Under the pieces are notes generated by a model. It made no database searches. It worked only from the letters and a program-made list of their open reading frames with translations, and was not told where the DNA came from. DNA of 64,000 bases, taken from the NCBI GenBank assembly GCA_964494105.1, contig CAZBQI010000001.1, forward strand, positions 67,126-131,125, read 5' to 3'. The translations under genes and the position numbers were made by a program. Origin of the DNA: an uncultured Candidatus Saccharibacteria bacterium. Its GTDB lineage: Bacteria; Patescibacteriota; Saccharimonadia; CAZBQI01. Position 1 is the stretch's first letter. Each line of letters begins with the position of its first letter. Positions 57,975 to 64,000 of the stretch are shown here, piece by piece.

Positions 57975-58667
57975 ATGTTTAATATGCCTTCAAACGTATT
58001 ACCGCTGTTCTTTCTGGCACTTGGATCTCTAGCGCTTGGATTGCGGGGCATTATGCGTTATCGGTCATTGAAATCACCGTTAATTATGTACTATTCGCTA
58101 GCAGCTATACTAATCGGTGCAGCTGCGTTAGTTTACTCGTTGCCATTTACATTTTTCGATGACAGTCGGAGCTTAAAAATTGCTATCACTATAGGCGATG
58201 TATTGTACTATGTCGGTATTCTAATGGTGGTCAAAATAATATGGTATTTACGACTCAAGCAAAGAAAGGTGCCGTTTTTAATAGTGGCTGTGCCGGTCGG
58301 CCTAGTCGCCGGATTTTCTTTCTTGATTGATCTATTTTATCGCCAAGATCAAATATATGGGGTATTTAACAATGTGGCCACGTACCCAACATCGCCGGTT
58401 GCACTCAGCCTGCTGGCGCTACTAAGCTCATCAATTATAATTTGCGGTTTTCTGACAATTACTGAGGGGGTAAAAATCAACGATAAGCGCCAACGCTGGC
58501 GTTTATTTAGCATTGGCACAATGATGCTACTTGGCGGAATCGTGGCGGTTAACAACTTTTTATTCCTGCAAGGAACGAATAACAATACGGCATCCTTGGT
58601 AGGCTATGCTATGGTTTTCTGGCTATTTTTAAGCGGGCTGTTGTTCGTGCGTAAATCTAAACATTGA
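57975..58667 (+). CDS. 7-TM membrane protein, paralogue 2
   Basis: Shares P.NV.P, YR.L.SPL..YYSL, YSLPF.F, IGD..YY, RQR.RL.SIG, NFLF.QG with the previous ORF. Confidence 0.75.
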   Translation: MFNMPSNVLPLFFLALGSLALGLRGIMRYRSLKSPLIMYYSLAAILIGAAALVYSLPFTFFDDSRSLKIAITIGDVLYYVGILMVVKIIWYLRLKQRKVPFLIVAVPVGLVAGFSFLIDLFYRQDQIYGVFNNVATYPTSPVALSLLALLSSSIIICGFLTITEGVKINDKRQRWRLFSIGTMMLLGGIVAVNNFLFLQGTNNNTASLVGYAMVFWLFLSGLLFVRKSKH

Positions 58668-59730
58668 ACCTGAATTCAACCACGTCGCCCTCGTGCATAA
58701 TGTAATCTTTGCCTTCGGTTCGGACCTTGCCTTTGCTCCGAGCCTCAGCCAATGAGCCGGCCGATATTAAGTCTTCATAATTCACAATCTCAGCTGCAAT
58801 AAAACCGCGCTCAAAGTCACCATGAATTACGCCGGCTGCTTGTGGTGCAGTGTCGCCCTTATGAATAGTCCAGGCACGAACTTCTTTCTGACCGGCAGTT
58901 AGATATGTTTGTAGGCCAAGTGTTTCATAGGCCACACGTACCAGTTCTTCTAGCCCGGAGTGTTTTAGTCCAAACTCAGCTAGCAATTCTGCACCCTCAG
59001 CAGGCTCCATTTGGGCTAGCTCGGCCTCTAGCTTGGCGCAAATAAATGCAGACTTGGCTGGGGCTACCAGCTTAGTTAATTCATCTTGCTTTGCGGTGTC
59101 ACTCAAACCTTCCTCATCTAGGTTGAAAACATATATAAAGGGCTTAGTTGTCAGTAGGTTTAGCTGGGCTAGTGGGGTGGCATCGAGTTCGGTTTTTGAT
59201 AGTAATTTACCTTCATCTAAATGCTTTTTGGCTATCTCTAAATGGGCAACTTCCGACTTAATTTTTGGGTCGGCTTTAGCTTGTTTTTGCAACCGCGAAA
59301 TAGCCGACTCTACCGTTTGAAGGTCGGCGAGGATTAGCTCGGTGTGTATGGTATCGACATCGTCGCTCGGATTTATTTGGTTAGCCACATGAGTCACGTT
59401 GTCATCCTCGAAGGCTCGCACCACCTGTACAATAGCGCTGGTCTCCCTGATGTGGGCGAGGAACTGATTGCCCAGGCCTTCGCCTTTGCTGGCCCCAGCC
59501 ACTAGGCCGGCGATATCCACAAACGTTACCGTTGCTGGAATAATTTTTTCGGTCTGGTACAGATTTGCCAGTTTCTCTAAACGCTCATCCGGCACTGCCA
59601 CAATGCCGGTATTTGGCTCAATCGTGGCAAAGGGGTAGTTAGCCGCCAGCACGTTATTGCGGGTAAGTGCATTAAAAAGCGTAGATTTCCCTACGTTGGG
59701 CAAGCCGACGATACCTAGAGTTAAAGCCAT
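58657..59730 (-). CDS. ychF: Ribosome-binding ATPase YchF
   Basis: GIVGLPNVGKSTLFN, ANYPFATIEPN, DIAGLV, EVRAWT, EGKDY...GDVVEFRFNV. Confidence 0.98.
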   Translation of the reverse strand: MALTLGIVGLPNVGKSTLFNALTRNNVLAANYPFATIEPNTGIVAVPDERLEKLANLYQTEKIIPATVTFVDIAGLVAGASKGEGLGNQFLAHIRETSAIVQVVRAFEDDNVTHVANQINPSDDVDTIHTELILADLQTVESAISRLQKQAKADPKIKSEVAHLEIAKKHLDEGKLLSKTELDATPLAQLNLLTTKPFIYVFNLDEEGLSDTAKQDELTKLVAPAKSAFICAKLEAELAQMEPAEGAELLAEFGLKHSGLEELVRVAYETLGLQTYLTAGQKEVRAWTIHKGDTAPQAAGVIHGDFERGFIAAEIVNYEDLISAGSLAEARSKGKVRTEGKDYIMHEGDVVEFRFNV

Positions 59731-59811
59731 TTATAAATTATAACAGATAGACGGTATTGCAAAAAGAGGAAAAGTATGCTATTATATACACTTAAGGTAG
59801 CAAAATAAAAA

Positions 59812-60267
59812 ATGAGTACTATTGAACAACCAAATGCCCCTGAATCATCTGAACCTACAGCAGTCGATCTTGGCAACGCTATTGTTCAAGCCTGGTCCTG
59901 GCATACCGATGCGTTAGCACAAACACCAACGCACAATGCTTATAAACTTGTTCTTGATAGCGAGACAGCTGGCTCTCCGGCGACATTAGCGATTGAACCC
60001 ACAGTTGGCGCAGATGTAGAGAGTGGCTTAGTATTCGTTGAGCGAGCAACGAAGCATCACCCACCAGAGACATTTATGCTAATACGTGATCCGAAGGGAG
60101 CAGTTTTGACAAGAGTTGATAAGCGCGGAAAACAACTTAAAATACTACCAACAGCAGATACAGATGTTTCAGAGCTAACACATGCTATTGCCACGGGCAC
60201 TTTGCACTCGCCACGAAAGCGGTCGGCACAGGCAATCAGTCGGCTACTATTTCACAGCCGGCATTAA
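59812..60267 (+). CDS. Hypothetical protein
   Basis: 151-aa ORF; promoter-like TTGCAA-17-TATTAT at 59757-59785. Confidence 0.55.
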   Translation: MSTIEQPNAPESSEPTAVDLGNAIVQAWSWHTDALAQTPTHNAYKLVLDSETAGSPATLAIEPTVGADVESGLVFVERATKHHPPETFMLIRDPKGAVLTRVDKRGKQLKILPTADTDVSELTHAIATGTLHSPRKRSAQAISRLLFHSRH

Positions 60268-60424
60268 CGCAAATAGGCTGTTTTCAAGTCGGCGGTTTTG
60301 GTAGCGAACTACATAATTTAGTTATTTGTAATTCGTAGTTGGCGATAATGCTTATGGTACAATTACACTAGTAGAATTAGAAAAATGCAACACGATTTGA
60401 GCATAAAACAAGTGAGAAATTTTA

Positions 60425-61465
60425 GTGAAAATATTTAATCAAAGCGTTACTCAAATTGGATTGGATATTGGCACCACGGGTGTGCGGATGGTAGAGCTAG
60501 AATTTTCAAAAAACGAAACCAAATTACTGTGTAATGCTAGTCAGACAATTAGCACTAATGTATCTGAGAGTCAGACCGTCGAGGATCACCAGGAGCTGAT
60601 CGCTACAATAAAGAAACTAATTACGGATTCCGGCGCGACAAGCAGAAGTGCAGTAATTAGCTTGCCGTTATCAAAAACCACATCGACGCTTTTAAAAACG
60701 TCAAAAAAGTCCGATGAAGAGCTCAAGCCGTTGGTAAAGAAGCAAGTGGAGCACTTTACCTCGATGCCAATAAATCAGTTGGCTTATGATTGGATTACAA
60801 CCGATGACAGCATGCCGGATAATCAGATTGAAATATTAACGGTGGCTTGTCCTATTTCATTAGCCCAAAAATATACCGGTTTGGCGTCCAAAGCCGGTCT
60901 AAAGGTAATAGCAGTGGAGCCGGGAGGGATTAGTATTGCACGCAATTTAGCTTCAGTAACCAAGCTGGGCAAGGTGATCGTTCACTTGGGTGCGTACTCT
61001 ACAGATATTGTAATCGTTTATAAGAACACCCCCCGAATCATGCGCTCAATACCGGTTGGTGGCGAGACTATAGTAAACGAGCTAACCAACGAAGCAACGA
61101 TAGAACTCGGACAGGCTCGACAACTTATTGCCAGCTTTGGGCTTAGCCCGGGCAAGCTAGAAGGGCAACTGCAACGCATAATTAAAGCTTCAATCGATAA
61201 GATTATTGATGAAGTAAAGAACACCAAGTTAGTTTTCTTAAATAGATACAAAGATGCTGTAATTGAGCAAATAGTCGTTAGCGGAGGGTCCTCGCAAATT
61301 CCGGGCTTACCCAGCTATATTGCAAATCAAATTAGCTTGCCGGTAGAAATCGGGAATTCATGGGTAGGAATATCTTATGACGTTGCCCGGCAAGATAAAT
61401 TGCTGCAAGAATCTGCCTCTTATTGCGTAGCAGCTGGCTTGGCCCAGCGATCGGTAAGGTTTTGA
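60425..61465 (+). CDS. pilM: Type IV pilus assembly protein PilM
   Basis: IGLDIG, actin-like fold, IPVGG, VSGGSSQIPGL, AAGLA.R. Confidence 0.9.
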   Translation: MKIFNQSVTQIGLDIGTTGVRMVELEFSKNETKLLCNASQTISTNVSESQTVEDHQELIATIKKLITDSGATSRSAVISLPLSKTTSTLLKTSKKSDEELKPLVKKQVEHFTSMPINQLAYDWITTDDSMPDNQIEILTVACPISLAQKYTGLASKAGLKVIAVEPGGISIARNLASVTKLGKVIVHLGAYSTDIVIVYKNTPRIMRSIPVGGETIVNELTNEATIELGQARQLIASFGLSPGKLEGQLQRIIKASIDKIIDEVKNTKLVFLNRYKDAVIEQIVVSGGSSQIPGLPSYIANQISLPVEIGNSWVGISYDVARQDKLLQESASYCVAAGLAQRSVRF

Positions 61466-61467
61466 AA

Positions 61468-62067
61468 ATGTCTAAACAAATAAACCTACTGCCACCAATT
61501 GACCAAAAAGAAATAAGCATCGAACATTCTCGTCAATCGTTAAAGGTGCTTCGTGGGTTAACTATCATATTTTTTACGGCTTTACCGCTTCTGCTGTTTT
61601 CTATTGTTACCATTCAATCAAGATATATCAGAAGCACCCAAGAACAAATCAATACTAGTCTAAGTGCCATCAAAAAAACACCCGGCCTCGACACAATGTT
61701 GACTGTTAAAAATGGTCTGGCAGCACTACCCAAGCTCTACCAGAAGAGAGTGCTGGTGTCCGATATATTTAAAGTACTGCCCGGCGTAAGTTCAACCAGC
61801 ATCCAGCTCACCGGCCTAACCGTAAATTCAGATGGTACTGTTGTGTTTAGCGGAAGCTCAAATAGCTACAATAGTATTTATAAGTTTTTCGAAGCCCTAA
61901 AGCAGTCGGGTAAAAACGCCGACCCAAGCGTTGTTAACAACCCAAATGCCAAAGGCCATTTTAGTAATCTGAAACTTGAGGATGTGGGTGGAATAAGTGG
62001 TGGCAGAGTTGCCTTTAAGATAACCGGCAATTACAATCGCCCACCAGTCGAGGTCAAAAATGATTAA
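61468..62067 (+). CDS. pilN: PilN-like pilus assembly protein
   Basis: Starts MSKQINLLP (PilM-binding INLLP motif), then TM. Confidence 0.85.
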   Translation: MSKQINLLPPIDQKEISIEHSRQSLKVLRGLTIIFFTALPLLLFSIVTIQSRYIRSTQEQINTSLSAIKKTPGLDTMLTVKNGLAALPKLYQKRVLVSDIFKVLPGVSSTSIQLTGLTVNSDGTVVFSGSSNSYNSIYKFFEALKQSGKNADPSVVNNPNAKGHFSNLKLEDVGGISGGRVAFKITGNYNRPPVEVKND

Positions 62068-62692
62068 TAAACTTGCGGGTTTCTTTAAGTCGCGGTTTGC
62101 CAATCCGACCAAGGTAACGAAGTCGGCTCAGGTGGCGCTTTTTATCTTGTTTATTTTTTCTAGTATTTGGCTAAGCACTAAGCTTATCGGGGAGATTTCA
62201 TACAAACAGAAAGTAATAACTCAAAAGCGTTTAGTAAATACTATACTGAAATCAAACATTAGTGCGGTCGAGAAAATAAAGCAGAATTACGCTGTTCTAA
62301 AAAAGACCGGCCCAGAACCGAGCAAGGTGCTGATGGCGATACCGGTAGAAGCAAGCTTTGCTAGTTTAGGTAACGAATACGAAGCCATGGCCAGTACGAC
62401 CGGCGCCAGGCTTAGCAAGGTGGAGCAAATAGGAGAAGCCAAGAAACTTTCGAACGAAGACGCCCAGGATTCGCTCGCACAAGTTTGGGAATACCGCTAT
62501 AAAATAAAAGCCAAAGGTAATTACCTTAGCCTGCAAAACCTTACTAAAAGTATCGAGACACAATTAAGGCCAACAAAGATCGAATCCGTCAAAATTAGCG
62601 GGCTCGAGCCCGACCTGACAATTGAATACATCCTGACAGGATACTACCAGCCGGCAACTATAATAAGCCCCGCTACGGAGCCAATAAGATGA
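62060..62692 (+). CDS. pilO: PilO-like pilus assembly protein
   Basis: TM + coiled coil, AIP, GNY..L......IE...RP; follows pilN. Confidence 0.75.
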   Translation: MINKLAGFFKSRFANPTKVTKSAQVALFILFIFSSIWLSTKLIGEISYKQKVITQKRLVNTILKSNISAVEKIKQNYAVLKKTGPEPSKVLMAIPVEASFASLGNEYEAMASTTGARLSKVEQIGEAKKLSNEDAQDSLAQVWEYRYKIKAKGNYLSLQNLTKSIETQLRPTKIESVKISGLEPDLTIEYILTGYYQPATIISPATEPIR

Positions 62693-62955
62693 GTATGTTG
62701 TCGAGAGACAATCTGGTCAAAATGATAGTAGTTTTAAGTATGGTGGCATACGGCTTTGTTTTTCTTGCTAGCCTCAGGCCGGCTATTCGCAATACCCAAA
62801 TTGAAATTGCCACTAAACTCGATCCGTCATTCGATGGGCGGGCAAAGTTGATATTACTGGGTCAAGATCCTAATGTGCCGGTCAATACGTACTCGGCGCC
62901 CCTGAATTTGAGTACGGGCATTGGCAACGCTACACCGTTTAATGCCGGCGAATAG
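62689..62955 (+). CDS. Small membrane-anchored pilus-cluster protein (PilP position)
   Basis: TM, ends G.ATPF; overlaps the pilO stop. Confidence 0.55.
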   Translation: MSMLSRDNLVKMIVVLSMVAYGFVFLASLRPAIRNTQIEIATKLDPSFDGRAKLILLGQDPNVPVNTYSAPLNLSTGIGNATPFNAGE

Positions 62956-63167
62956 CGCTATTGCCAAATAAATATTGTGCCAGTCTGTCTGGTTTAAAAA
63001 TAGTCCAATACGGGAATTTATAATTGTTGCTTAACTAGCCCTTGCTCATAACTAGTCAAAACGCTTATACTTTAAACAGTGAAAATTAATTGCTGCCGCA
63101 TATGTAAAAGTGCTGAATAATTGTCATGGAGTTATTTAGCCAATAGGCCAAAGCAAAAAGGGTGTGA

Positions 63168-64000
63168 ATGGATAGCCAGCCAAAAATTGAAATCCTACTC
63201 GAAGAGGTTGTAAAGCGGAAAGCTTCGGACTTGCACTTACAAGTTGGCTTGCCACCTACTCTTAGAATTGACGGGGCTTTGGTACCGGTAGCGAACCAAG
63301 CGCCACTTACAGAAGAAGTAACCGAACAATTAATCTTCTTTATTCTTGACGAAGATCAAAAGCAAATTTTGCTTAAAGATAAAGAATTTGATTTCTCGTT
63401 TGCGTTTGGTGATGTAGCCAGGTTTCGAGTTAATGCTTTTCATGAGCGTGGCAATTTGGCTGCAGCGTTGCGCTTAATTCCGAATGAGATACGAACAACC
63501 GAGGAACTTGGCCTACCTAAGGCAATTAATAAATTCACCGACTATCCAAGAGGTTTGGTGCTAGTGACCGGCCCTACAGGGTCTGGTAAGTCTACGACGC
63601 AGGCAGCTTTGCTCGACATCATTAATACCACTAAGGCCGCGCACATCATAACTATCGAGGATCCGATAGAATATACCCATAAAAGCAAAAAGTCGTTGGT
63701 TGTTCAGCGTGAGGTACATTACGATACATACTCATTTGCTGGAGCCTTGCGTTCTTGTTTGCGCGAAGATCCCGATGTTGTGCTGATTGGTGAGATGCGT
63801 GATCTCGAAACTATCTCTTCGGCCATTACAATTGCCGAAACCGGCCACTTGGTATTGGCAACATTGCATACAAACTCAGCATCGCAATCGGTAGACCGCA
63901 TGATTGATGTTTTTCCACCGCACCAACAGCAACAAATACGGGTACAGCTTTCGGTTATCTTGCAGGGTATTTGTTCGCAGCGGCTAGTGCCAACAATTGG
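63168..64000 (+). CDS. pilT: Type IV pilus retraction ATPase (truncated by window end)
   Basis: Read manually: MDSQPKIEILLEEVVKRKASDLHL, RFRVNAF, VTGPTGSGKSTT, TIEDPIE, LREDPDV, ETGHLVLATLHTNS. Confidence 0.95.
   Translation, partial: MDSQPKIEILLEEVVKRKASDLHLQVGLPPTLRIDGALVPVANQAPLTEEVTEQLIFFILDEDQKQILLKDKEFDFSFAFGDVARFRVNAFHERGNLAAALRLIPNEIRTTEELGLPKAINKFTDYPRGLVLVTGPTGSGKSTTQAALLDIINTTKAAHIITIEDPIEYTHKSKKSLVVQREVHYDTYSFAGALRSCLREDPDVVLIGEMRDLETISSAITIAETGHLVLATLHTNSASQSVDRMIDVFPPHQQQQIRVQLSVILQGICSQRLVPTI

Noticed and set aside
57272-58667. Microbial rhodopsins
   Set aside because: No Lys within the seventh TM for a retinal Schiff base and no DxxxK/SxxxK motif.
63719-63901. 60-aa minus-strand ORF
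   Set aside because: Shadow of pilT, which the track missed because it runs off the window end.
1-64000. Alternative genetic code (TGA=Gly, code 25)
   Set aside because: Conserved genes are full length under code 11, and TGA ends genes at expected positions (e.g. 36112, 39021, 40663, 61465).

Overview
Gene-dense bacterial chromosome segment, standard code 11. It most likely comes from a Patescibacteria/CPR organism (Saccharibacteria-like); this is inferred from protein style, pili, large surface proteins and the absence of biosynthetic pathway genes, not from a database search. The first ~20 kb is accessory envelope and signalling DNA: a LamG/Ig/beta-helix surface protein, an orphan RND pump, VKOR, an L,D-transpeptidase, a 1643-aa fibre-like protein with a perfect 353-bp internal duplication, and a histidine kinase fused to a ferredoxin-NADP-reductase-like module with three stand-alone receivers nearby. 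The rest is mostly core genes (msrB, prs, pyrH, dnaG, rpoD, polA, mutM, holA, rpsT, truB, rpsO, pnp, udg, rnj, ftsK, rpsF-ssb-rpsR, efp, tlyA, ychF, pilMNO, pilT) with interspersed accessory genes. Most notable: (1) an unannotated Phe/Tyr-rich leader peptide with a complete 1:2/2:3/3:4 attenuator architecture upstream of a circularly permuted ATP-grasp-like ligase; (2) the FNR-PAS-PAS histidine kinase locus; (3) a 7-nt-periodic palindromic element between ssb and rpsR that is an open frame coupling the two genes; (4) pervasive leaderless-type promoters; (5) a small protein with two QLSF clamp-binding-like motifs upstream of dnaG; (6) a disrupted SemiSWEET gene. I saw no rRNA, tRNA, CRISPR array, transposase or integrase.
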